From Acidobacteriota bacterium (GTDB lineage: Bacteria; Acidobacteriota; UBA890; WLXD01), in NCBI GenBank assembly GCA_963666215.2, contig CAXWPL010000002.1, positions 1 through 64,000 on the forward strand: DNA of 64,000 nt, in the 5' to 3' direction. Under the pieces are notes generated by a model. The model saw nothing but the letters and a program-made list of their open reading frames with translations, ran no database searches and was not told the DNA's origin. A program made the position numbers and the translations under genes. Shown piece after piece: positions 1-9,431 of this stretch (position 1 is its first letter; each line of letters opens with the position of its first letter).

Positions 1-552
1 GATCGGGAGTATCGGCGTCGGCTCGAACGCCTGAGACGCCGCGCCTCTGCACCGGAGGGGCTCGCTAGGCGAGCCTCCGGAATCGGCGGTCACGGACGTC
101 TCCGGGCCGCTCAGCGCGGCCAGGCCATGAGGTGCCCCCCCGACCGGACCCATCGGCGGCTCGGAGAGCGTCACCCGGCCGCGCAAGCTCTGCTGTGGAG
201 CGAACCGCGCTGGAGCGTCGAGTAGACGGGCCACCGAGTATGCGCATCGAGCGCGTCATCATTGACCCAAGAGACTCCGCGTGAACGTCCGTACCGGCTC
301 ACACTGTCGACCTGCTCGCCGACAAGGTCGAGGCGCGCGCCAAAAAATCTGGCATCGCAGCCTCTTCGACTCCGCCCTTCACGCCAGCCGCGCGCAGCCG
401 GTCAAGCAGCTTTGTCTGCGCCAGCTCTTCGCGGGTCGAGCGCTCCCTGGCGACCCTTCCTGGGCGCGGTTATGCTGCGGGCCAGCGTTGCGTTGTCGCT
501 CCGCGCGCGCAATCGGATACTAGTTAGACAGACAGAGGACCAGCCGAAGCCG

Positions 553-1085
553 ATGCGATCGATTTTCACGATTCACGCCGGTGAGTACCTGGTCGGAACA
601 AGAATCGAGGAGTCCTTCCCTGAACTGCGGGTCTGGATTCCGTCAAAGGACCGAGGAATCGACCTCCTGGTCACCGACGAGGAAGGCCAAAACTCGCCTC
701 GCTGCAAGTCAAATTCTCGAAGGACTATCTCGCGACCAACTCCCGTTCCGTCGCGACTCCAGCGGTTGGAGCCGGCGGCTGGTGGACCCTGAATCGCCAG
801 AAGCTCCGCGATTCCCCCGCTGATCTCTGGGTAATGGTTCTCTATCAGTTCCACACGCGGAAGTTCGACTTCGTCGTGATCCCTCCGAGCGAACTCCTCG
901 CGCGATACGACGAGCTGAGGGGGAAGTCGCACAAAATTCAAAGCTACGTCTGGGTCACGAACCAGGGGCGCTGTTGGGAGACGCGGGGGTTGCAGAAGGA
1001 TGAGGTGCAGGAAGTATGCGATGGAACGTACGAAGACGTGATTCGAGACCTGACAAGCTATCTCAATGCGTGGCCGTTCTCGTAG
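553..1085 (+). pseudogene. PD-(D/E)xK restriction-endonuclease-fold protein, frameshifted at A4 run 689-692
   Basis: ATG 553 gives MRSIFTIHAGEYLV...DRGIDLLV; after the shift the other frame reads LASLQVKFSKDY...GWWTLN...MVLYQFH to TAG 1085. D...QxK catalytic pattern. Confidence 0.65.
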
Positions 1086-1223
1086 ATTGGCGGCATCGGT
1101 GGCTGTGCCGGCACCGGCAACAAGCTGGTAGCTATGAGCGCACCTACGTGGCCGTAGCGCCCGAGGTCAGCGCCACCAGGGGAACGCCAGCGGCAATGCG
1201 CATGGGCACCGACTCGGGCACGC

Positions 1224-4160
1224 TCACTCCAGTTCGACCTCGTCTTTGATTCCTAGCCCTCTGAGCGCAGATCTCAACTCCTCTGCCTGAGCGTCGGTCG
1301 CGCCTCCGTCTGGCTCCGCCTCGACTCGCAGTCGTAGGCTCAGGGTCCCCTTCGAGACCAAGCCGCTCAGGATCTTCATGTAGAAATTCGTCCACTTCTG
1401 GTGAGGTACGTCCCCTTCCCAAATGAGGCGCATCTGGGTACTTGGAGGCGGCGGCGTTATCCCCTCGAAAACTGTGACGCTGGCCGTCGAGATGATGCCC
1501 CCCGCCTCAACCGTCACGGAGAAACTACCCAGGTCCTTACCAGCGGTGAACACGCCCGCCGCCGAGATCTCGCCGCCAGTTTTCTCCCAAGACACTTCAC
1601 CCGCTTCAATGGGTTGCCCGAACTGATCAAGTGCTTCAACGGCGAACGCCTGCTTCTCGCCGGGCTTTAGCTGCGAGGTTGGCGGCTGAATCACAACACC
1701 AGTGAGCTCCGGGGGCTGGAGGTGCTTCTCCGCCTCCTCCGCCTTGATGATGAACACGTCGTCGGAGATCTCGACCTCAAGCGGTGTTAGCTGTCCACGG
1801 AACACGAATGGGTCATAGCCCTTCGGAGACTTGCCAACGTACGCGAGCAAGCCGTCGGTGACTCCGCGGGCCACAGTGTCTTTAATGGTCGCGGGATCGA
1901 GGAGTCGGGGAAACAAGGGCGAAGCGTAGAAGGCATCGTGCACAGCCTTCGTACTCCACTCGGTAAACGCAGGCGGCCAGTTGCGAACAAGGAAGCGAGC
2001 CGAGATCGGCCCCTTGTCGACCTCGTCAGTTTGCCGCAGCCGTTCGAGAATCAGCCCTGGAAGCGAGGAATGGGAGCTTGAGGTCACCAGGCCGAGGTCG
2101 ACTGTCTTGATCGAGTTGTCCTTCCCCAGCAACAGGACGTTCTTGTACGAGCGCCAGACGCTCTCTGTGAGGTCACGTCTCCCTTTCTCCAGGCTGATCC
2201 CGAGCTGCTTCCGTTGCGAGTCGTCCAGCTTGAGCCCCTCGGCCTGGATCGCCTCCCATGCCAGGGACTTTCTGGCCGCCTCACGCATCGAAGCAGCCGA
2301 CTCCGGCACCGCCCAGATCAGCGCGCTCTTGTAGGTGCGGGCGGACTTCCCATGCTCCTTGGTCATGCCCTCGACCGTTGCGACGACCCGTGGGTCATCC
2401 TGGACCGCATGGTCCGGCCCCATCACGACGAGTGTGATCACCGGACGGTCTTGGATTTGGCTGCTCTTCTCAGGGAAGGGCAGGATCTCGATACCGTCTG
2501 TCCGGGGAAAGACTCCCTGAATCTCCTCACGGACTCGCTGGTCGATCTGGTCGTTCTGAATTGTCGCCCGACGGTCGGCATACCGCTTGGTCAGGTTCTC
2601 CCGTGTACTGAAGCGGTAGCGGCTCCCTTCCGTCGTGAGGTAGTAGCAGGCATCGCTGAGAGCCTCCAGGGCCGTCTCGACGTTGCCAAGGTCCACGTGA
2701 GGCCCGGCAACGGCCAGTCGTACCTCGGGCAGACTCGCCTCGTTGCGTGATTGCCCGCCGTTGGACTCGAAGAAGATGGAGATAGCGGCCTTTCTGTGGA
2801 GCCGAGCCTTCCGGATCGTGTCTACCGCCTCGTCGTCGAGTCGCACGGCGTGGGAGCCCCTCTTCCCACAGATGTCGGTTGTAACCGGCCCTTCGAGCTT
2901 GCTCTCGCCGAGCTGCTCAAACAGCGCCGACCGGAAGATCGGCTCTTCAAGTGGAGCCGAACCCAAGCCAATGAGCGGAACCTGTTCTGCCCGCTTGAAT
3001 GCCTGCTGGTAAGCGTGGGAGACCCAAAGGGCGAGCAGGCGCAGGACACCTCGGGTTTGCTGGAAGCGAGGCAGTTCCTGCCACTTGCGCTCGAAGACGG
3101 AGAGGACCGCAGGGTGGAACGGGTAGGTGGACTCGAAGGTAGATTGGGCATGGTCCACGGGGAACCATCCTGGGATCTGTGCCCGATTCTCCTGGAGCCA
3201 CTCCGCGTACTCCCGTGCTGTCATGAGAGCCTCCTGGGAGAGTAGGACCCTGCCGTCCTGAGAGACAGCCTTGGGGTCCCACTCGAACAGCCTGCGCCGG
3301 ATGATCTCGGAGGTCTCTGCTTCTGCCGACATCATCACGGCCTTCCCGACGCGGTCGAGCATCTTGTGCAATCGCTCGTAGTCAGATTGGTCCTCGGCGC
3401 TCATCTCCAACTCCGAAGCTGGGATCGAGACCACCAGGACTACGTTGTCGCTGCCACGTGCAACCTCGGACAGGTTCTGGATGAAGCTGTAGAGCTGCGT
3501 GGCGAGGCCGCTCTTCCGATTGCGGCTGACGTAATTCATCAGCTCATCGACGAGGATGAGACTCGGCCTATCCGTCGCCAGGAAACTGCGAATGACTTCC
3601 CCGGCAGGGGCGATCATCTGCTTCTCGTGCTCTTCAACGGTGCGGAAGCCTGCTTCCCCCGAAAGCTGGAAAGCAATCTCGCCCCAGGGAGTCTTCCGCC
3701 TGGGGGTCCCGTCGTCACCTCCTCGGCCCTTGATCGAGTCGAACTCTGTCCCTACGAAAACAGCGGTCGCCGCCGCAGGCACTTCCTTCACGCCTGCGTG
3801 CGTGAGGACTTGCCCAACGCCCTGCCACTTCGAGGCAGCAGCTCCGTGCTCAGCCAGGTGGTAAAGGGCGGTCAGGGCGTGCGTCTTTCCCCCGCCGAAC
3901 TGCGTCGCCATATTGAAGACCGCTGAGGTCGCCGTCTTCTCGCCAGACAGGCGGCGCACAACCTCTGCAGCCATCTTGAGCAGGTTCTTCGTGAAATAGG
4001 TCCGCTCGAAGAACTGCTCTGGCTTCTGGTAGTCGTCGGAGGCCATGCCCTTTCGGACCTGGTCGAGGTGTACGGCGAACTCGGAGGCATCAAGGGGCTT
4101 GCCCTCTCGGAGATCCTCCCGTGGGGTGACGACCTTGTACCAAGGCTGAAGCTTCGCCAT
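1224..4160 (-). CDS. DUF499-family AAA+ ATPase with C-terminal Ig-like domain (restriction-like defence system subunit)
   Basis: Starts MAKLQPWYKVVTPREDL; Walker A TQFGGGKTH, Walker B LILVDE, YPFHP and FQQTRGVLRLLA motifs; beta-rich Ig-like segment near the C-terminus. Confidence 0.85.
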   Translation of the reverse strand: MAKLQPWYKVVTPREDLREGKPLDASEFAVHLDQVRKGMASDDYQKPEQFFERTYFTKNLLKMAAEVVRRLSGEKTATSAVFNMATQFGGGKTHALTALYHLAEHGAAASKWQGVGQVLTHAGVKEVPAAATAVFVGTEFDSIKGRGGDDGTPRRKTPWGEIAFQLSGEAGFRTVEEHEKQMIAPAGEVIRSFLATDRPSLILVDELMNYVSRNRKSGLATQLYSFIQNLSEVARGSDNVVLVVSIPASELEMSAEDQSDYERLHKMLDRVGKAVMMSAEAETSEIIRRRLFEWDPKAVSQDGRVLLSQEALMTAREYAEWLQENRAQIPGWFPVDHAQSTFESTYPFHPAVLSVFERKWQELPRFQQTRGVLRLLALWVSHAYQQAFKRAEQVPLIGLGSAPLEEPIFRSALFEQLGESKLEGPVTTDICGKRGSHAVRLDDEAVDTIRKARLHRKAAISIFFESNGGQSRNEASLPEVRLAVAGPHVDLGNVETALEALSDACYYLTTEGSRYRFSTRENLTKRYADRRATIQNDQIDQRVREEIQGVFPRTDGIEILPFPEKSSQIQDRPVITLVVMGPDHAVQDDPRVVATVEGMTKEHGKSARTYKSALIWAVPESAASMREAARKSLAWEAIQAEGLKLDDSQRKQLGISLEKGRRDLTESVWRSYKNVLLLGKDNSIKTVDLGLVTSSSHSSLPGLILERLRQTDEVDKGPISARFLVRNWPPAFTEWSTKAVHDAFYASPLFPRLLDPATIKDTVARGVTDGLLAYVGKSPKGYDPFVFRGQLTPLEVEISDDVFIIKAEEAEKHLQPPELTGVVIQPPTSQLKPGEKQAFAVEALDQFGQPIEAGEVSWEKTGGEISAAGVFTAGKDLGSFSVTVEAGGIISTASVTVFEGITPPPPSTQMRLIWEGDVPHQKWTNFYMKILSGLVSKGTLSLRLRVEAEPDGGATDAQAEELRSALRGLGIKDEVELE

Positions 4161-4560
4161 TGGAGCCTCGCTTCCTAGAACAGCTCGAACTCGCCAGTGT
4201 TGGATTCCAGGCTCCACCACCGGAAGAAGCCATCGGGGAACGTGGTTGCCTTACTACGGTATCCGACAACAACCAGTGTTTCCCCGCTGAGTGCAACGCG
4301 ATCCGAAATCGCCAACGACTGAATGACACTCCTTTCCAAGTGCTTCACCAACGCTGTACCTGTCTCCACCGAGGGCCGATAGCAGAAGAGCACCCGGAGC
4401 CCGACTCGTAGGTTCAGGAGCTTCCAGAGTGAGTAGGCAACCCGTTGATCGGTGGAACTGTTCTCAAGCTCCACGGCGACAGCAGGGAAGATCCAATCGG
4501 CCCCATCGTCCTCGAATGCCATTGCGTCGACGGTGCCTGTCAACGCGGATGAGACGGTGG

Positions 4561-5571
4561 TCACGAGTAATTAGTGAGCATTCTCGAGGGTGGCAGGCTT
4601 GTTGATCCAGACGGCGGTGGGGATCGCCGGCGGGCTGGGTGGTTGACGAAGCGCTCAGGCCGGGCCCGGTAGGCGGCCAGCAGGACTTCGGCACGCCGGT
4701 CGCGGGTCTGCTGGGCGAGCCCGTCCTGCACCGTCGCCGGAGTCATCAGGCCGATGCCCGAGTGGCGATGCTGGTAGTTGTACCAGTGGAAGAATGCCCG
4801 GCAGAAGAGACGGGCGTGTTCGATCGACTCGAAGCGAGCAGGGAACTCGGGTCGGTACTTGAGCGTCCTGAAGTGGGCCTCGGAGTAGGGATTGTCCGAC
4901 GAGGTGTAGGGCCGCGAGTGTGTCTTGGTGACCCCGAGATCGGCGAGCAGGAAGGCGACCGGCTTGGAGGTCATCGAGCTGCCGCGGTCAGCGTGGATGG
5001 TGAGCTGATCAGGTCCGATGCGTTGCTGGAGCAGCGCCTGGTCGATGAGCTGCTCGGCCAAGGGACCGCTCTCGCGGTGCTGGAGAGTCCAGCCCACCAC
5101 GTAGCGGCTGAACACGTCGAGGATGACGTACAGGTAGAAGTAGGTCCACTTGGCAGGGCCTCGCAGTTTGGATATGTCCCACGACCACACCTCGTTGACT
5201 CGCTCGGCGAGCAGCTCGGGCTTGTTGTAGGGCGGGTGCACGAGCTGGTTGCGCCGCTCGCCGCCCGCGCCCTGGGCGGCGAGGATCCGGTACATCGTGC
5301 GCTCCGATGCCAGGTAGCGGCCTTCGTCCAGCAGCGTCGCCCATACCTGGGCAGGAGCGCAGTCGACGAACCGCTCGCTGTGCAACTCGGCGAGAACCTT
5401 CTGACGTTCGGGCTCCGACAGCGCCCTCGCCGGCTTGGGCCGCGGTCTGCTCGGTCGGGGCGCAGGCGGCCGGCGGCGGCGGTAGATCGTCGCGTGCGAG
5501 GCGCCCAGCGTCCGGCACGCCGGGCGAGTCCCGATGATGGGAGTGAGTTGTTCGACGGTCTGCTCGATCAT
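4561..5571 (-). CDS. IS3-family DDE transposase OrfB (probable frameshift near the C-terminus, ~4635-4640)
   Basis: WSWDIS, HADRGS and DNPYSEAHF motifs; the family-like tail PPAIPTAVWINKP is in another frame. Confidence 0.85.
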   Translation of the reverse strand: MIEQTVEQLTPIIGTRPACRTLGASHATIYRRRRPPAPRPSRPRPKPARALSEPERQKVLAELHSERFVDCAPAQVWATLLDEGRYLASERTMYRILAAQGAGGERRNQLVHPPYNKPELLAERVNEVWSWDISKLRGPAKWTYFYLYVILDVFSRYVVGWTLQHRESGPLAEQLIDQALLQQRIGPDQLTIHADRGSSMTSKPVAFLLADLGVTKTHSRPYTSSDNPYSEAHFRTLKYRPEFPARFESIEHARLFCRAFFHWYNYQHRHSGIGLMTPATVQDGLAQQTRDRRAEVLLAAYRARPERFVNHPARRRSPPPSGSTSLPPSRMLTNYS

Positions 5572-6059
5572 CGCTTGGTAGTCGCGTTGGCGCCCCTGGG
5601 CTCGAGCAGCTCTCCCAGAAGCGCGGAGACGTTTCCCTGCACCTCGATTACTCGCCGTGCCTTCTCGAGCTCCGCCTCGGCCCGCTCGGCTCGGCGACGC
5701 AGGTTGGCAAGCTGCGCGTCTCGGGGATCGGGCGCCGGCCGGCCGCGTGGCTTAGCCAGCGCCACCAATGCCCCGGCGTCACGCTGCTTGCGCCACACCG
5801 ACAGATGCGACGAGTACAGCCCCTCGCGCCGCAGCAGCGCGCCGACCTCGCCGGGCTTCGAGCACCCGTCCGCCTCGCGTACCACCCGGACCTTGTACTC
5901 GGCGGTGAACTTGCGGCGCCGTGGTCGCTCGACCAACTGGGGGTCGGGGGCCGGGACCGCGGGCTCGCGCGACGTCCGCTTTCGGTCGCCTCCGGCTCCC
6001 TGCACCGGACGTCCGGTGGCCTCGTGGTCTCCTGCACCGTTGTTGCTCAACTCCGACAT
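5568..6059 (-). CDS. IS3-family OrfA (HTH)
   Basis: RRRKFTAEYKVRVV...GALLRREGLYSSHLSVWR; ATGA overlap with orfB. Confidence 0.85.
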   Translation of the reverse strand: MSELSNNGAGDHEATGRPVQGAGGDRKRTSREPAVPAPDPQLVERPRRRKFTAEYKVRVVREADGCSKPGEVGALLRREGLYSSHLSVWRKQRDAGALVALAKPRGRPAPDPRDAQLANLRRRAERAEAELEKARRVIEVQGNVSALLGELLEPRGANATTKR

Positions 6060-6368
6060 TCTTGTGTCTCCGACCTCGCCCTCTTGCTCAGTAATTATCC
6101 AACCTCCATCGTCTCACCCCACGTTGGCAGAGAGGGCGATACCCAGATACTCCTCCTGCGGCTGTGGCATCCGGCCTAGACGGTGGCCCTTCGCTGCAAC
6201 CCGCCAACCGTGGGCCTTACAGGTGGCGACAACAGCATCGGTCAAGGACTCGGTCCAGTCCTTGAGCCGCGTCTCCAAACTCGCAGCCTTCAGATCCTGC
6301 GCGAATGGTTCGGACGCGACTGTCCGGAAGAACAGATCCTTCCAATCTGCGCCCAGACCACTCATTCT

Positions 6369-9300
6369 CTATAAACCTAACCCCTTCTTCCGCCCGAGCA
6401 CTCCATCGGCCCATCTCTTCTCTTCCGTGACCGATGGGTAGAGCGCGGAGAGGGCCTGCGCCAAACGCCAGAACAGAGGATTGCGCCCCACTCCGTCCTC
6501 TACGAGGAGTCGTCGGAGAGCCACGCCCCTTCCCGCACCAAAGAGGATCATGCTCTGGTGGAGTTGGTCCAGAATCGTTAAACCGGGACCAGCCGAGAGA
6601 TCATCCGCCCAATTCCCATACTCCGCTTCAAGCTCTCGCACCTCTTCAGCGAAATCGAGTGTCATCTGCGGTTTCTTAGCCTTCCTGCCACGAGGGGCCT
6701 CCATGGCATCTTTCCCGAACAAGTATCGGACTCTAGCGGCGGCGCTGAGGAGTGTGGCGGTGGCTCCCCTGATCTCAACGAGGGTGCTCAGATCCTCCAG
6801 GTGCGCCCCGAGACCCTGGGCTATCTTCCTAGCTGCGTCATAATCTAGGCCATAGCCGGGAAGGCTCTTCGCCCGCTCGGGGACGCCCTCCTGGCGATCG
6901 CTAGAGCCAGTGTGCAGTGTCCAGAGCCACATGGCTGTCAAGCGGGCGTCTTCCTCGAAGCCAGAGGCATCGGCACCCTCGAAGATCATGTTCAGAGCTT
7001 CGTGAGAAACGGCCGCCCACACCTCGCCCAAGTACTCTTTCAGTGTTACCTCCTCGCCACTGGCCCTCTCGACAGAGGAGTATCGAGAATAGACCTCCAG
7101 CGCGGGTCCCAGACAGGCAAAGATAGCGTCGGCTCCGACGACCCCCTCCTCAGCCAGTCGCGGCATCCAGGCATGGATTCGCTTCGGCAACTCCGCTAAC
7201 ACCTCCCTCCAATTGCCTATGTCATCGGCCTGCAGGGAGCCGTCCGGGTTCTCGCGAGGACGGCACACGATATGCACCGATGATGCCAGTGCCGCCGAGC
7301 CTCTTGCTCTCAGTCTGAAGCGAAGCTCAGTATCGATGGGCCAGGAAGCGGTTATCGTCCAGCCTGCTTCGATGAGAGCCTGCAGCATCGCCTCCCAGCC
7401 CTGAGTGGACTTGTGCGCGAATACCACCACGCCGATCCCCTCAGGCCGCACTACACGCCTGGCTTCGCCCAGTGCCCGCGCCATCTCGGTCTCAAAGAAC
7501 GCTGCGTTCTTGTGCTCATCCCGGCCAGACGCTCCGCCTCCCATCTCGCATATCTCCTCCGCTTTCGGGGTCAGTTCTGCCCCAAACAGTTCGGGGAAAT
7601 AGAAACCGACCGAGCGCTTGAGCCACACGTAGAAGAAGTCAAGGAGATCTGCGTACGGCACTGCGTCGTAGTACGGAGGGTCGGTGAACAGGGCATGGAC
7701 AGAATCGTCTGGGAGCGGTAGCTCAGTCGCTGAACCTTGGGACACCCAAGCAACTCGGCCCGCATTCCGCGCCTGACGAGCCACGACTGTTTGCGCCCTT
7801 CGTATCGTCGATTCCGGGGAGCCACCTGCCCCAGCGAGCGGATTTACTTCCCCAAAGTCGGAGGCCATTGGAAGCGCCCAACGATTAAAGGTATTGACAG
7901 GATTCCGCGTGTTCAGTTGCCACCGGCATAGGCTGGAATTCAGATCCGCGAGTCGGTCGACTACAAGACCAAGGGCGGCCGCGACCCCACGGCGAAGCTC
8001 CGGATCGCAATCGCCAAGGTCCTCCAGATACTCTCCGACCAAGTCCGAGTAGGTAATCAAAGCGAGTAGCTGGCGCGGCGTGAACAGATCGCACCAGAGA
8101 CTCATTCCATAGCGCTGAACGCGAAACCCCAGTGTTCCGCGTGGAGGAAGCGGCTCGCGTGGGTAGATGCTGAGTCCGTTCCGGTCTGGCTTCGCTTCCA
8201 AGCGTCTGAGTTCATCACTCGCCGATTCCGCCGCACGTAGTTCGGCCTCCTCCGGAAGAACGAAGTCGCGGCGGCCCTTAGGTGGATCGACAACAACGCA
8301 GTACAGGCGAGCATCGTTGGTGCCACCGCCGCGTGCGCGAAGTTGAGCCGCCACTCTCTCAGTGGGAGTCGTGTAGCCGGTGACCGGACAGGTGGCCGCC
8401 AGGCGAGCCACGGTTCCCACCGCGACATCTTCGCTGTTCTTCGGCTCGAACACCTCAAGCAGTGGCCTCCTTACAGTCACAACTTCGCCGTTGGCCAAAG
8501 TTCTCGTTGCTACCTCTGTCAAGACCTCTTCGGCTGCACTTCGAACCCAGCGCAGGGCTCGCTTCTTTCCGCCTTTCTTCGCGAGCCACATCGTGTTGAG
8601 GAGTGGAACCTCGATGGGATGAGCAGATTCCTCAGGGGACTCTGAGAGGACCGTTCGAGCCCACAGGTAAACGACGGGCTTTGACCCGTCAGATCGACCT
8701 GGATAGAAACGCCCGATCCGATCAGTCGCGCGGGTTTTGGCCCACCCGAGCCAGTCGTGGAGCCGATGAGAGATGTCGTCGGCAAACACGGGCAAGTACT
8801 CCAGCAGCACCTTCTCCAGGAGTACAGCCACCGGATTGAGGTCAGATGCATATGCCTGCGCTCCAACACGCAGCGCTTCGAGTGGGATAGCACCCCCGCC
8901 TGCGAAAGGGTCAACGACTATCGGTCTATCGCCATCTGCTTCCGCTATGACACGGTGCGCTAGCTTTGTTAGGCGACTCGCCGACTGAACAAAGAAGTCC
9001 TCGTCCGACTTGGTCTGATCCGAGAAGTCCGCGATGAAATGAAGCAGTCCAAGTCGGATTTCCTCTGCAGCTTCAAGAGAACCCGGATCCCGAGAAACCC
9101 GGTTTAGGTATCGGAACGAATCCTCGCTGGCCAGGTCAAGATGCTCGCGTCCCCAACAGCACAGGATCAGCCGCGCCGCGCTTAGATACTGGTCGATAGC
9201 GGTGTGTTCCCGATCCGTGCCGGAGGACTGACCTGCCGTTGGGAGATCGCAGGGATCGGGCCAAAGCGCCGCACACAAGACCGCTCGGCAGGCCCCGGTG

Positions 9301-9431
9301 GGTCTGGCCGCCGGGTAGATGTGCAGCCGAGGTATATGACCCGCCCTCGACGCCTTCTCAGCACTTGCGCTAGCCGAAATCCGAGCGATTGGAAGATCGA
9401 CCTCAATCAGCCGCTTGCAGTACCTATCCAT
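6369..9431 (-). CDS. DUF1156-family N6-adenine DNA methyltransferase
   Basis: KRLIEVDLP N-terminus, motif I DPFAGGGAIP, motif IV FTDPPYYD, SWPIDTE and ALASSVHIVCRPR. Confidence 0.9.
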   Translation of the reverse strand: MDRYCKRLIEVDLPIARISASASAEKASRAGHIPRLHIYPAARPTGACRAVLCAALWPDPCDLPTAGQSSGTDREHTAIDQYLSAARLILCCWGREHLDLASEDSFRYLNRVSRDPGSLEAAEEIRLGLLHFIADFSDQTKSDEDFFVQSASRLTKLAHRVIAEADGDRPIVVDPFAGGGAIPLEALRVGAQAYASDLNPVAVLLEKVLLEYLPVFADDISHRLHDWLGWAKTRATDRIGRFYPGRSDGSKPVVYLWARTVLSESPEESAHPIEVPLLNTMWLAKKGGKKRALRWVRSAAEEVLTEVATRTLANGEVVTVRRPLLEVFEPKNSEDVAVGTVARLAATCPVTGYTTPTERVAAQLRARGGGTNDARLYCVVVDPPKGRRDFVLPEEAELRAAESASDELRRLEAKPDRNGLSIYPREPLPPRGTLGFRVQRYGMSLWCDLFTPRQLLALITYSDLVGEYLEDLGDCDPELRRGVAAALGLVVDRLADLNSSLCRWQLNTRNPVNTFNRWALPMASDFGEVNPLAGAGGSPESTIRRAQTVVARQARNAGRVAWVSQGSATELPLPDDSVHALFTDPPYYDAVPYADLLDFFYVWLKRSVGFYFPELFGAELTPKAEEICEMGGGASGRDEHKNAAFFETEMARALGEARRVVRPEGIGVVVFAHKSTQGWEAMLQALIEAGWTITASWPIDTELRFRLRARGSAALASSVHIVCRPRENPDGSLQADDIGNWREVLAELPKRIHAWMPRLAEEGVVGADAIFACLGPALEVYSRYSSVERASGEEVTLKEYLGEVWAAVSHEALNMIFEGADASGFEEDARLTAMWLWTLHTGSSDRQEGVPERAKSLPGYGLDYDAARKIAQGLGAHLEDLSTLVEIRGATATLLSAAARVRYLFGKDAMEAPRGRKAKKPQMTLDFAEEVRELEAEYGNWADDLSAGPGLTILDQLHQSMILFGAGRGVALRRLLVEDGVGRNPLFWRLAQALSALYPSVTEEKRWADGVLGRKKGLGL

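Larger units (their letters stand above)
4531..6136 (-). mobile_element. IS3-family insertion sequence with 3-bp target duplication CGA
   Basis: CGA at 4528-4530 and 6137-6139; imperfect inverted repeats CTGTCAACGCGGATGAGAC and CTGCCAACGTGGGGTGAGAC; orfA plus DDE orfB. Confidence 0.85.
4175..6365 (-). pseudogene. ~193-aa PD-(D/E)xK-like nuclease gene interrupted by an IS3-family element
   Basis: Removing 4531-6139 joins ...EEYLGI to DAMAFEDD...AVAVELEN in frame (582 nt). It sits between the methylase and ATPase genes with short gaps. Confidence 0.75.

Noticed and set aside
1-520. Short ORFs and GC-rich inverted segments at the window start
   Set aside because: No recognisable motif, consistent frame or convincing fold.
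4639-6441. 600-aa plus-strand ORF
   Set aside because: Antisense shadow of the IS3 genes. The same applies to other long antisense ORFs such as 18534-19778, 27249-29108, 39580-40923 and 46091-47422.
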